Assembly: GCA_000165425.1 (NCBI GenBank)
Contig: CT868064.1
Location: 62,001-126,000 of the forward strand
DNA from: Paramecium tetraurelia
Lineage: Eukaryota
Reading direction: 5' to 3'
DNA length: 64,000 bases
Of this stretch, positions 12,418-27,800 are shown one piece after another. The position numbers and the translations under genes were made by a program. The notes under the pieces are model-generated. The model made no database searches. It saw only the letters and a list, made by a program, of their open reading frames with translations, and had not been told where the DNA came from. The first letter of the stretch is position 1. Each line of letters starts with the position of its first letter.

Positions 12418-13857
12418 TCACATAATATTACTGAATGTTACTAATTAATCATTTTTTGGAGTCATTTCTAATTGATTAACTAAAATCAAAGAACAAAACT
12501 CCATTTGATAGTTGCAATTGTTCTATCCTATTTAACATAGTAAATTGCTGATTATCTTCTCATAAGCTTTTTATATGTGTATTGGAAAATCCATTTCTCG
12601 TCCATATATTATTAATTGAATGTTATTAATGCTCTCTTATTTTAAGCAGATCTCATTTGTATTGTAAATCTTGATTAAACAGGAAATTAGCGTAAAAAAT
12701 AAAGGGAGAACTGTGAAAAATTTATTTATTTGAAAATTGATTTGAATGTTGCCTTTTTTTAAAATTTGATCTAGGAATAATCTCAACTTCTAATATTTCA
12801 ACACCTCTACTTATTCAATTATCCTTTCTTTAATATAATAGGAAGTGTAAAGCAGATTTCTCAAAGTCTCCTTATAATATAGTACTTGATTGGTCTTTTT
12901 AATTCTTTATAATACTTTTAGATAAGAGTTATTATTCCACTACTAAGTCACAAAGGTTTAGCCTTCAGAAAATTTTATTGTAATTTTAATATCTATTAAT
13001 TTTTTTATTAGACCTTTCACTATGAATCGCTCTCTCAGTTATGTGTGTATAACCTTTATCTTAAAATTACTGGATTTATCCCTGACCTTCTCCAGTAGAT
13101 ATTAATTAAGACTTATTTTAGTGTTAATCACCTTAAAATCCTTCAGAAAATCTTTATTTTCGACTTAAATAAATTTATGCATTGATTAGTTAGCATGGAG
13201 CAATTCAACTCTCTCCCATTGCTCATTATACGTTAATAAAACTATTTTTTCATCAATTAATTCATCCCAAATTGAAAATGAGGATTTTTACTGCTCATTT
13301 AGTAAAAACAGTGACCTGTTGTGTTTTTATCGAAAATATTCCTTTTACCAAAACAGTATTAAGTAGAGCAGGAAAATGAATGTGTAAGAATGAAAGTTTT
13401 TATAGTTATGCATAAACAATCTTAAAAATGCATAAGTCATCTATAATAGTTAATTTAAAACAAAATTAGGGGTTAAAGCAAAATTCAAACCCAAAATCTA
13501 GGAAATATCGAAAATCCATTCATACTATTCATCCTTGAAATCAGGGTAATATATAGGAATCAGATGATAAAAGGAAGCCAATAAACTGAAGGCTGAAATC
13601 AAGTACCCAACTGCAGACGTAAGTTATTATTTCAACCTTATATAATAAAAGGTTATTGTCCACAAACAGCTGAATGCTACTAACATAGAGCCTATCAGTA
13701 TTTCATTTCTTTCGATCCAAAAAATACTCAAAGTAATATTTGAAATTGACATTAATGCAATCGTATATTTGAATGCATTGGATAACTCAAGTGAATAACT
13801 CTCTTTATATTTCTTCTCTAGATTTTTGTCTAAAAAAGTTAATGTAAAAGGATTCAT
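12418..13857 (-). CDS. Multi-TM membrane protein resembling ciliate histidine-kinase-like sensors, kinase motifs not recognisable (479 aa)
   Basis: Intronless 1440-nt ORF starting MNPFTLTFLDKNLEKKYKESY, with ~5-6 hydrophobic helices followed by a PAS-like segment (VELLHANQSM). No H/N/G boxes seen. Confidence 0.6.
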
Positions 13858-14499
13858 TTTTATTTATTATAATATGATAACAATCAAGAATATGAAATAA
13901 TTAATTTGTTAATAACTAGATACTCTAAAATAATTATATCATTATTATTATTATTACAAATAATTTTAGGAACTCACATAAACTCAGAAGCTTATAGATA
14001 GAAAAAAGTTTATTAGAAGGATCATAAATCATTATTTAAGATATTATTCTTAAGGAAAATTAAACATTCAACTTTCTATTTAAGCTTAGTAATATTAAGT
14101 GAATTTTCCAAAAAGACTTAGATTAATATTAATAAATCAGATAACTTAAATCTATCTATTAAATAAAACAATTCAATTTCAATTGTATTAACAAATCCGC
14201 TTAATTCATTCTTAAAAAATAATTTGTAAAATAGTTTAGGTAATATTGAATATATTTGAAATACAAGCTTTATTTGTATTTAATAAATAGAAATCCCACT
14301 ATATTTTCTAATTCATAAAATTAATTCAAGATTTTTTTCAAAATATCTTTTCTTAATTAGAAAGCGTTACTAGTTATCCTATTTGTTTCTCTTATCCTAA
14401 GTATTAGAAGTAATACAATAATAAAAGAAATTTTATAAATTCAGTTCCTTTTGATAATAATTTATATATATATATCACAATTTAAATAAATAGTAAATT

Positions 14500-14883
14500 T
14501 CAGCCTCTAATCTTTTCTAAAAATGACTTCATCTTTCGTTCGCTATAGCCTTTCATTGAGTCTGTTTGAGTTCCCATGTTAAATAGACAAACCGAGGGAA
14601 CTTAAGCCATCTAATAATAATCAAATAACACATGTACCGCAAATTATTGCACTACGTCATAAAGTTCATCGTTGTTCACATTAACTAAAGCAAGCTACCA
14701 TTTTTCTGGATTCTTTTCCACCTCCTAAATTAATTAAGGATTAAGCTTTTGACAGGGGGCACACCTAAATTTTATTTGTTAAACAATCTACCATTCAGCA
14801 AAAAAGCTAACCACCACAGGTCTTTAATTATTAACCACGTATTCCTACCAATCCTTTTGAGTGTTTATCTCTAAGCAATTCAT
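14500..14883 (-). CDS. Thioredoxin
   Basis: RPVVVSFFAEWCAPCQKL (intron splits the Trp codon), VPSV cis-Pro motif, second intron; ~110 aa. Confidence 0.9.
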
Positions 14884-15421
14884 AAATATATAAAATAATG
14901 CTTTGTCTTCAAAAAATTAGCACCAGTTTATAGTATTAGATAATATGTAATATTAATGATTTAATTAACAAAATACTGTATATTTAAATAAATGTATGGC
15001 AAAAAAAATTTGAATCCAAATTAAAAAAAATAAACCACCTTCACTTCTATCTTTGATAATTCAGTAACTCTTTGGTATAAGGCCAATAAAGGTCATTCAT
15101 TATTATAGATTTCATTCTAATGATAATAAACTAACTCTTTTAATACCCAATTTCTGTTTATTGGTTTAATATCGATTTTAAAATTAAACGAAGTCTTTTG
15201 AAAAATATAATTAAATTTTATCAATTTCTTATAATTATTTGTCTTATATTTAATTTTAAATTGATATAAAAAAAATGAGAATAGATATTCTAAGTTCTTT
15301 AATTGCTATTGATTCCAACTTGGAATACTTATTAGTTTTATGTGAAGACCCTTTTTTAATGAAATGTTGTTGTAACTTATATTTTGATACTTATTTTATA
15401 AATTCTCAATGTTTCATTCTT

Positions 15422-17815
15422 TCAAACGTACTTCAATAGTTCTGGATTAGTTTCATCTTTTTCTAAATAACCTTTTTCGTACAAATCTTGAACAATAGAT
15501 GTTATTTGATCTGATTAAACCCTCTCATTAAAGGTGTGTTTTATAAAATTTTCAATAATAGGAACCAAGTCTTAAAATAAAATTTTTTTTTAGTTCTTCA
15601 AGGTTCTAATAATAAAGGCTTCTATGGGTGAATATAGATTTTTTCTTTATTTTGCTATTATGCTAAAAAAAAATTGTACATTTTTTTAAATATAAAAAAG
15701 GGATTTAGGCAGTTGCGATCACTAGTTTTCTCATTTATGTTACTTCTTAGTCCTTCAATTCCTCATTAAATCTATATAGTTTAACGTCGTCCTGGATGAC
15801 TTCTTCCAAAATTTTTGCATCTTTCATCTCTGCACAGTTTTATAAAATAAAGTATTCCTATAGCTTTGTGATTTATGATATTCTCTTAATACTCATCAAC
15901 TCATTTTAGAATTAATATGAAAATAAGATTATTGCTTAAGGGATACTGATACGGAATGTTATTTACAGCTTTGAACATTCAATATCAACATAAGATATCA
16001 GATCTAACCAATTAATGAATTTTTAATCTTATTATTATTCAAATTGCAATTTTAGCTAATTAACTGTTTAAAGTTCTTAATTTAATTCTATTTGCTATTA
16101 TTAGAATTTAGGCCAATCTTGATATCTTAATAATAAAGGATATTGCGCAATCAATAACTTATGATTTTCTGTTCGAAATTCAAAAGTTGTGTCACTATTT
16201 TTTTAGAATTCTTCTATCATTAATTGTAGAGGGTAGATATTCTAATTTCCCATTAGGCTAGACATCTTTTAGATTATTAATGATTCAGTCCTCAAATAGA
16301 TTTAAAAAGACTCATGATTGGTTAATATTCGATAGTATTTCAATAATCTTTACGCTAACCGACTTTGATAATACTAAAATCATTTCATATATATATACTA
16401 AAGTGAAATCTTGATTTTCAGATATAAACAACAATAATTGAATTGAATCAATTAATTATTCCTTGTTAATTTAGCTATTGATCACATTCTCTATTTCTAC
16501 TTCTATGTACAAGACAAAGTATTCTTGAAAATCTATATTCTAGAAGACTATAATCATTTAGAGATACCTAATTTTAACAATTAAGTAATTCTTCGAATGC
16601 ACTTGTTAATAAAGATGAAATATTTGTATTATGACACAAACAGATTTCTATCATTTTAAGATATTTCTGAAATAACTAAAACAAGGAAATTATAAAACGA
16701 TGAGCCAATTTTTAATTTATTTCTTCATTTATTATCATTTCTAAAATTTGGTTACCTTCTTATATGATCTTCTGCTTGATTTTCATTTTTATCTCTTAAT
16801 CATCAGGATCATGAGTTAAATATAACTCATTGAATAGTTCTAAATCGTTTTGATATTACTATGCCTCATATTGAAAATTCTAAAGAAGATATCCTAAATT
16901 AAAGGGCTTTTTTTCAGATAGAATAACATCTTTATAATTTTTAAGGAGGTGGTCTTCTAAAAGAGAATTAACTTTTTATTTGATTGAATTGCTTTAAAAA
17001 TTTAGTATTTAGTCATTCAATTCCTTTTCCCTTTTAACTCTTCTCAAATAAAGTGGAATTTCACATTGGTCTATCCAACTATTAAACAGTCCCTAATATT
17101 TATTTTTAAAATGAGACAAAATTTGATCTGGAAAATCTAGAATAATCTCGATATTTGGCTATCCCTATTGTAAATTAATTAAAATGTCTCCAAACTTATT
17201 CAGGACCAGAGTAAGATTCTTCCAGGAATCTTAACTATGATCTACTTGAGTATATGCAACATCCAATTGCTAAAAAAAGCAACAATATAATGATTTAGGA
17301 ATATGAGTTGAGCTTAATCTCTCAAATAATAGATAGCTTAAATAATTTTATAGAGTTTCCAACAGATTATTCTGATGTAGGAGGTTAATCTTAACATATA
17401 AATTAATTTACTGCAAAATAGAACGAAGTCAAGAGATATTTCGATCTTTATATATAATTCTCATAAATTTTTATAAAAACTTCAAGGTTCTAGCACCCTT
17501 TTCTTTAATCATCAAATTTCAGACAACCTAAAGAAGGAATGATCTATTATAATCATCATAATATTCTACATAATCATAGATATGATTCTTAAGATTCTTT
17601 GTTAGTAGTCTAAAAAAGTTTATAGCCATTTCTATTTGTTCATCATTGTGAAATTTTAAAATAAAATTCATCATCTCACCATTCAATTAGATATCACTTT
17701 TTGAATGTTCTTTGCTACGCACAGTGTTTGCTTTAAAGATATTATTAAAGGAGATTTGAATTTTCTTTTCTAACTCTTAAAACTACTTTTTAGTTAAATT
17801 TTATGATTATTCCAT
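15422..17815 (-). CDS. Divergent cullin family protein
   Basis: YYQSRLAQRLL, FINWLDLISYV, FRISIPQAIILF and C-terminal neddylation domain IEAFIIRTLKNQK...LYEKGYLEKDETNPELLKYV-TGA. Several tiny introns; start codon approximate. Confidence 0.82.
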
Positions 17816-18364
17816 GGATTATATTTTAATTATTGATATTTTCCATAATGCTCTTCAACCACTATGAAAACCATGAGAAGAGATATTATAAATTTATATT
17901 TTCTATTATATGAGGAAATTCTTTACTAAATTTAGGTATTGAGTTTTGATAAATATTATTAAATTCTATTCTACTCTATTGTTTTTGTTCTATAGGAAAA
18001 TCTAATCCAGAGTGATATAAAGCAGTTAGCATGTGTTTACGTATATTTATTAGCCTTATGTTGGTGAGCTAAATTGTTTATGAGGTACTTGTTAAAAAAT
18101 TGATATTTGGTGTTCGTTAGGATGCTTATTGACTGTATTTATGGAGGATAAAGGAATCATTAATGCTGTCGTAAAGATTTAAGACTTACATCCAAAATAC
18201 TTACTTAATACGAGAAAATTCTATCTGGAGAATTTTCAATCATCGTTTTAGAAAATTAGGGGACTTCTAATTTTGTAAAAAAAACATAGGAGTTTAGATT
18301 GAATTTGATCCATAATAATATTACTCTATAATAAATAATTTAATTTTTACTATTGATTATAAAT

Positions 18365-19586
18365 ATGATCAATAAGATGAAGGAAAAGAGAAGCAGGATG
18401 TTGAATGAGTAGAACCAATAGAACCCGAATAGCCAGATGTGTACAAGAAGAGTACTATACTCCAGAGTCATTCTAAATTTAAAGTTACATAATGATATTA
18501 AAGAGGGACTAAAGAGATTTGTAAAACTAACAATCTAAGTGGGTAAGCATTTGTGGAATTAATATGTGAAAATAAGGTACAAATGCAGTAAAGCATTTTA
18601 GAAAATAGATAGATTGCTTAATTAAATGTAGGACTATGTGCATTTGAGAAAAATTAGTTTTGCAAATAATCAATTACTTGAGGTGAATAGTTTGTAGACC
18701 ATTAATTACTTAATGAATTTGCATTCGTCATTCAATTAAATTACTAATTTGGATTGCATCAATGTTCAAAACACATTTGAGTTCTTGGAAGAATTAAATT
18801 TGGACAATAATAAAATTAAAACTTTGGATAAATCAATATACCCAAGATTGAAGATGTTATCATAGAAAATATTCTGATTAAAAGTGCATAAGGTTTTAAT
18901 AGGTATAATACAGTTGGAATTCTTGAATTTAGAAACAATAAATTGGAGTCATTTGTGGGTAAAATTAATATATTATATGTTTTAGATTTTAGAATTTATT
19001 GAAGCTTAAGCAAATATGGGCTGCCTAAAATGCCATCATTTCGATTGGTCATTTGAATTAATTACCTGAAATGCATATATTACATTTGAGAGCAAACAAA
19101 ATTGTTGTCTTAACAGATATTCCGAATTTGCCAAAATTACATCACCTTAATCTTAGATCAAATTTGATTGAGAAATTGGATGAATTCAATAACCTTAAAT
19201 CATTGGAGACTCTTAAATTGATTATTATGCACGAAAACCAAATAGCATCTAAAATTGGGGATGGAATAAGAAAGGAAATCATAATGATACTACAATAAAT
19301 TGAAAGAATTAATAAAGATCCTGTTCCCCCAGAAGAAAATACAGATGCTCTGGTAGAATTGAAAGAGAGAATTGCTGCTGTTATTTAAAAGAAAAGAGGA
19401 GAAAGGATACGCTGCAAGATTAGCTTAAGAAGCTAGATTAGCAAAAGAGGGAGCCAAAGCCACACAGAATTGGCAGCTGAACAAGCTGCTGCTAAATAAA
19501 AGGCAGCAGTTACAGCAGTTAAAGCATCTGCAGAAGGAAGGACCAATTAGCCTAAAGTGAAGTAAGAAGATGAAGAGGAAGCTTGA
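18365..19586 (+). pseudogene. LRRC23-like leucine-rich-repeat gene with multiple frameshifts
   Basis: Pieces KEGLK/ICKTNNLSGQAFVEL, DYVHLRKISFANNQL, LEELNLDNNKI and LHHLNLRSNLIEKL lie in different frames. Breaks at ~18515, ~18865, ~18958 and ~19390-19470 are not explained by introns. Confidence 0.7.
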
Positions 19587-19614
19587 TTATTAAAATTAAA
19601 TAAATTTTCAATAA

Positions 19615-21462
<1,848 letters not shown>

Positions 21463-21622
21463 TCAGAATTAATATTCTAATTTCAGTTTTATTTTACCGA
21501 ATTTATTTAATTTATAATTGTCATTATAAATTATACATTCACATTATTATTATTAATTATTTAAGGATTCGAATTACAAATTAAGCAAATATGCTCCTCT
21601 ATACATAAACAAAAATATTAAA

Positions 21623-23696
21623 TCAACTGGATCGACTGATAATATCTTCAGGTTTTGGATCATCCTCGTTAGAATCATCTTCAGAAGCTTATGCTAATTC
21701 CTTCTCCAATAAATGTGGTAATTTTTATCCCAAAAGTGATATTAATCTCTAATTGAATCGAATTTGTTCATCTGACAATACTTAATCATCCAATCCTACC
21801 AATTTTTAATATGAATTAACAAGATCAGTAAATAGTTGAGATAAAACTATTTCATGACTGGGACTATCCAATATTTGTTTGAGTCTAAAAGTTATTATAG
21901 TATTTACACTGTCGATTTTCTATTTCTCTTATCTCTAATCAAACTGATTGTTGGTCTATGACTAAAATTAAACAATGTAATTTAATCAGAATTGAAAATA
22001 ACTCTCTTTAACTTTACCATCTCATGCAACTACCTAATGATGTATTATATATCTAATTCTTTATTCACTTAAGCTCTATTAATAGATCATAAATATATAT
22101 ATACATAGCTTTCTTTAATACCACGCACTCATCTGATTAAATGCATTCAAAGGGCATAATTTGACTCAATATCAACTTTATACTAATCCCAATATGTTAA
22201 CTAGCAACCATTAATTATTTGAATTAGTCAAAAATAGCAGAGCATTGAACCTTTAATTAACTTACTCTTTTTAGTTTACTTGATCGATGAGAAGTTATGC
22301 CTTCCTTCAATTTGAGACTCTCCTGTTTCTCAATACTTCTTGGAGATAAAAACTATCCCATCATAGGTTTCTAATTAAAAGTTGACATACTCTTAATTTA
22401 AATAGAAGAATCCCCTTTGATTTTATGCATTGATCGTTTTAAGGCTTCCCTTCCTCTTTAAGTGGATGCTAATAAAGCGTTGTTTGCTTCCATAGTGTTA
22501 TTTCTTTTTTTGTTAAGATCAAATTCATATAGGTCGTTTGCCATTTCTATGACCATGTGTTCACGATTGTAAATTTTAATTAGAACGCCGATTACTGCAA
22601 TCATAAATTGTGAAAACCCCCCTAAATTACTTAGAAGTTCATCCAATCTCATAAAATTTCTAGTAATATCATAAGAGTATGGACTCCTATTAAAATAGAA
22701 AGCACCATAATATCCAGGCACTAAATTTGAAATTGCTTATTGCTCTCTGTTATCCATATAATCTCTGGTTATATATGTTTAAGTGGATTTCTAGGGATAC
22801 ATCAGTATTCCATCGTCTGTTGTGATTGTTCTAGGCCGAAGGAAAATATCTGATTGAACAAACATAGCATTCGGAACAAATGAATAAAATTATTCTATGG
22901 CTATGTAAGGTTGAATAAAATGCTTTGGTGATCCAGGATTAATTAACTATTACTATATATTAATTAATTTACATAATTGGTGGTATATACCTAAAATCTA
23001 AAGCTGCCAACAGATTTTAATAATTATAACATTTCCTCTTCAGTCTTACATTCTGGTTTCCAGGAAAAGTTATTTCCGGAATTGCTCTTACATTTGGTAA
23101 CAGAAAATTTTAAGAACGAATATTCTTTACCTAATAATATATTTTAATATAGTGTTACTTGTCCATGCCCCTCCAACTGTCAAATTAGATGTCAAAGGAT
23201 GATCTAAATTTGGACACAAGAAATTGTTTAAATTATATTGCTTAAACTGATCTTCAAATGACGCATTGTATTAATCGAATATAGGCTTAAAATGTTCAAT
23301 CGTACAAGGGACTAAATCCACATAAACAGAAGGCATCTTTTTCTAGGTCCCATTTTCATCTCTGATATATGCCCTCTATTCCACAGTGATATTAAAATAA
23401 GGGGTTGTAGTAAAATTGTCTTATTCAATTTGAACAGCGAACATAAAATTATTTGGTAATAGCTTAATTGCGCTTGGATCTTCACTAAATTACTGTTCTG
23501 ATTCAGATGATACTGTGTTTTTTTAAAAAAAGTCAATAATATTCGAGTAAAAAAAACTGATAATAGTGCCAATAATGCATAAAGAAAGTATTCCACCTAA
23601 ACTAGTTCTGTATTCTTCCTCTTAACGAAAGCTGAGTGTTATGGATTATCCAAAAATATCTATCTTTCTTAGATTCTCTTTAAATTTTGTAAACAT
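21623..23696 (-). CDS. Two-TM protein with a large Cys-containing extracellular loop (ciliate-expanded family, ENaC/ASIC-like topology)
   Basis: MFTKFKENLRKIDIFGQSITL...TSLGGILSLCIIGTIISFF (TM1), a loop with PCTIEHF and FLCPN, then RLDELLSNLGGFSQFMIAVIGVLI (TM2) and a cytosolic tail. Several introns. Confidence 0.8.
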
Positions 23697-24879
23697 TTTA
23701 CTAATAATCAAAAATTCGTTCTTATAATATTTATATATGAAGTAAGATCAATTTAATGAACGCACCATTTAATTTTAGAACTCTTTTTTCGATTTAGTAT
23801 TTTTAATTATTAACAACATGTTCAATACTATAGATTAGAAAAAGTCTATATTTATTAATTTAATATTCAATATCTTGGAATATATAATATTAATATATAA
23901 CTATAATTTTTACCTAATTATAATGTGGAAAATGCTTTACAAATAATCGTAAATCTAATTATGATATTGCAATGCACAATTTTCTCAAATTTATCTTATT
24001 CAAACTTAGTTTTCTCAATGTTCAATAATTATTTTATATTTTGGTTATATTCATCCATCAATTCTCAAATTTAATATAATTTACATTATTCTTTTATTAT
24101 TTTTGATTCCAAAATTATTTAATCTTAATGGATTTGATAGTTATGTAAAATAGAACATGGAATTTAAGAAAATAAACGAATCCATTTTGCAACATTAAAT
24201 TTAATTTATAATAAAATTATCTAACTTATTGTAAACTTAAATGGCTTTTGAAGTTTCTTAAATTTTTCAAAATAGTTATAAGTTTGATAATCAAGCCTTA
24301 AATCCAGAATAAATTTTGAATAAATTATTCTGAAGTTAAATACAAATTTTTTATTTATAGATTTTGGACTCTATTTTTAAATAATGTAAAACTAATTTAA
24401 ATTTAAATACTATAAGTCAAATTCTCTTCTAAAGGGGAAATCAATAACATCATTAAAGCTTATATGAATTTGATTTAAATTTTGTATACTAGAGGTGATA
24501 CCTTATGTTTAAACAACAAAATCATGGTAATAGTAAAGGTTCAAATAGGATAAAGTTAAAAGAATCATAAATTTATGAGTGGGGTTATATTCTTAAATAA
24601 ACTTATCTTTCTTCTTACATAGGAATATATATATTATAAAACTAATTCAAATATAATAGAAATAATAGATGGCTTGGGTCTATTAATATCAATTCTCAGA
24701 AATAAATAATTTTTGTTTGATCTCTTAAAGTCTTAGGTTTCTTCATTTATAGACGAAGTAAATTTAGAGAAAAAGTTGTTTTATTCTTATCTTTCTTAGA
24801 ATAACATCTTATTAGTGAAGGATACCAAGTATATAAGATATTTGTAAATATTTTATTATGATTAATTTTATTATATTAA

Positions 24880-27800
24880 TCATTCAATTCTTTGATTTGT
24901 TTCAGTTGAATTTAGATTGTCTTATTAATTTTAAAGTGTATTTGAAACAATCTTAATGTTGTATATTTGGGAATCAGAGCAAAGATCATTTGACAATTCT
25001 AAAGCTACCTTTTATTCATACAATTTTCCATTTTGATCATCAACTTACAAAGCATACCTCAAGTCAACATCATAATATTTAAGAGTAAAATCTTTTTCTA
25101 AATAGTTTTTGGTTAAACCAACTAGGAACATCTAAAATATTAATTGTTAAAAATACATTGTTATATATTGAAAAGGCTACTTAGTTGGGATTACGAAAAT
25201 CATGGTATTCGGATACACCACCATAAGAATAGACCATGCGTTGATCACTTACACTAATATCAGGAAGTAAATATGTTGAAATCACTATTTTATCATTATA
25301 TCTGTAAGGAATTGCAGCTTAAAACAGCTAACGATCAATAAATATTCCAGGCAAGATTTCAGCATCTAAATATCTACTCAACGCATAATTATATTTAAAT
25401 GATTAAAGTTTCTAATTGTACCAATCGTAAACCAACTAAAACTTGTAATTCAAAGATTAAGAAGTAAACACTATATCAACAGTAGCAATATAACTGCCAC
25501 TACCAGTATAAGTTGGGTTTTAAACTAAAGCAAAATCAACAAATTGAGATGAGATTATTTCCCCTCCACTTTGAGTTATGATATCAGATAAAATATAAGT
25601 TCCAAGTAAAGTTAGACCATTGTTATATATTCTAAACCTTCCTTCTGCAGTTAATGCCATAATATATAAATAATTAGAGGAACTATAAATGTTTTATACC
25701 ATTACTTTAACAAAGCGTTCATTATATAGTTAAACAGAACTTATTTATTTGCTAAACGAAAAGGTTGTTACATAGGTTGAATTATTGAAAGATATTGTGT
25801 AGTAATGTAATTAAGTATCATTGCTCTTGATGTTCAAAGGATAAGTATTAATAAAAACCAGATAATTATCATTAAAATGGGCTTGTGGAATGTGACTAAC
25901 ATCTGATTTCAAGGGTGAAAATGTAATTTTATCTCCGCAAGTAAAATAACTTGAACATTAAATAGTTGCTACCTAGTATTAAACAACATCAATACAAGTA
26001 ACTAGAATATAAATCCAATTCATTAATATTCTTTAACAACGAGCGTTAGGGTTTGAGGTTAAGAGGATATCTTTTACAAATTGATTATTCTTATTAAAAA
26101 CTCTAACAAAATGAATAACATTAGTCGACATTAAAACTACTCTAGTATCTTAATTTGTCTAACCTTATAGAACATACTAATCAACTACATTCAAAGTGTC
26201 TCCTGATTCTTAGTTAAATAATTTTAATGGTTATACTAAATCAATATTTTTACCCTCTCCGCATTATTAACATTGGAGTAAATAGTCGATTATTGTTCCT
26301 GTCATATTGATAGGAATTTCTGTTTACTTCCACTTTTCAATCTAAAGATCTTAATTTGGATTGAAGAATTTGATTTAAGTTTTAGTTTAATATAAAACAA
26401 TAGCTTGACTTAATTAAACAGTAGGGTTATTTTTTAGATTCCACATAGTTATATTTAACCTGAATTTATTCACCCATTGATTTGTCTAATAAGTAGGTAC
26501 AATCTAATATGAAGTAACTCTGTCCATCCATCCCATATTATGATTTACCCCATCGTTCTAATAAAATATGAAATGCTTATATCCAGCAGCTGCCATTTAG
26601 GTATCGTAAATATAAATTGAGGATCTCTTTGGAGCCAACACTTCCACCAAAGAATCTCTTAATGGTTATCTAGGTCTATAAGCCAAAATGACAGCTAAAT
26701 CTTCATTTTCTGGATCACTTGCTGCAATGTACAATAATCCTGAATCTTAGTTGATTGTGACTGCCAATGTAAGTTAAATTTTGTACTTATATATAGGAAG
26801 TTCTTTCATTTAAAAGATATTACAATAGTTTGAAATATCATACTCTATTATTTAAGATTTTGCATTGGTATGTACTACAACAAAGAAGGAATCCTTACCA
26901 ATAGCAACATTTATAGTAGAATCCGTATAGGTTAATACCTTAATAATGGTAGGTTCTTTGTGAAAATCTGCAATTATGACGTTATCATTATTGATAATAA
27001 AGAATAAGTTTGGATGATATCTAGAATTGCCAACAATTCTCTAAAGTTTCCAACTTCCATAAAATCCTAATGCTCTTACTATTGCTTCTGTAATTGAATT
27101 TTATTATTTATTGTTAATGTTCCAAATGTCTAATTATTGATTACTGAGGATAACATATAATCTATTAGAAACAACATGGATAGATTTTATAGTTGGTGAC
27201 ATAAATGAACTATAGGTAAATTGTTATTATTATTGAATTTCCAATTAAGAAATTGAGTACAGTGTTACAGTGTATTTATTTTCAACAAGCAAAATATACA
27301 AATATTCTTCTTAAAAGAAACATTAGAAATTTGTGTTGTCCAAATCAATGGTTGTTGCAAATTTCTTATAATTGATACATTGCAAGTTTACTTGACCATT
27401 ATTATATGAATCTGTTGAACATATGTAGGTTAAGACATCTTTGGTCGATGCTTCTTAGAAGATGATTAATATTCTTGAGTCTTCATCATCTAAACTAATC
27501 AATTTCACATATTTTGAGGCTTTAGCCGATGGAATTTTAGAATATATAGATTCAGCATTAATATAACCTCCTTATTTTATATTTAGGGTTACTGCATTTG
27601 CACCAGAAAGAGTTTGAGAAGTTTGATTATATCTAATATTTGGTCCAGAAACTGGAATTTAAAATGCAGTCATTACAGGATAGTCATGATGTACATCAGG
27701 TAATTCTAAATCAGATAATGGGTATATTTTTGAATCTGATGAATTTATAATTCCATATACAACAGTTGAATAGCATGATTTATCAAATTAATCCTTTGCA

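Noticed and set aside
17850..18302. Short plus-strand ORF fragments between the cullin and LRRC23-like genes
   Set aside because: No consistent gene model or motif.
23950..24850. Coding-like plus-strand stretch
   Set aside because: I could not build a consistent ORF or recognise a family; it may be a decayed gene.
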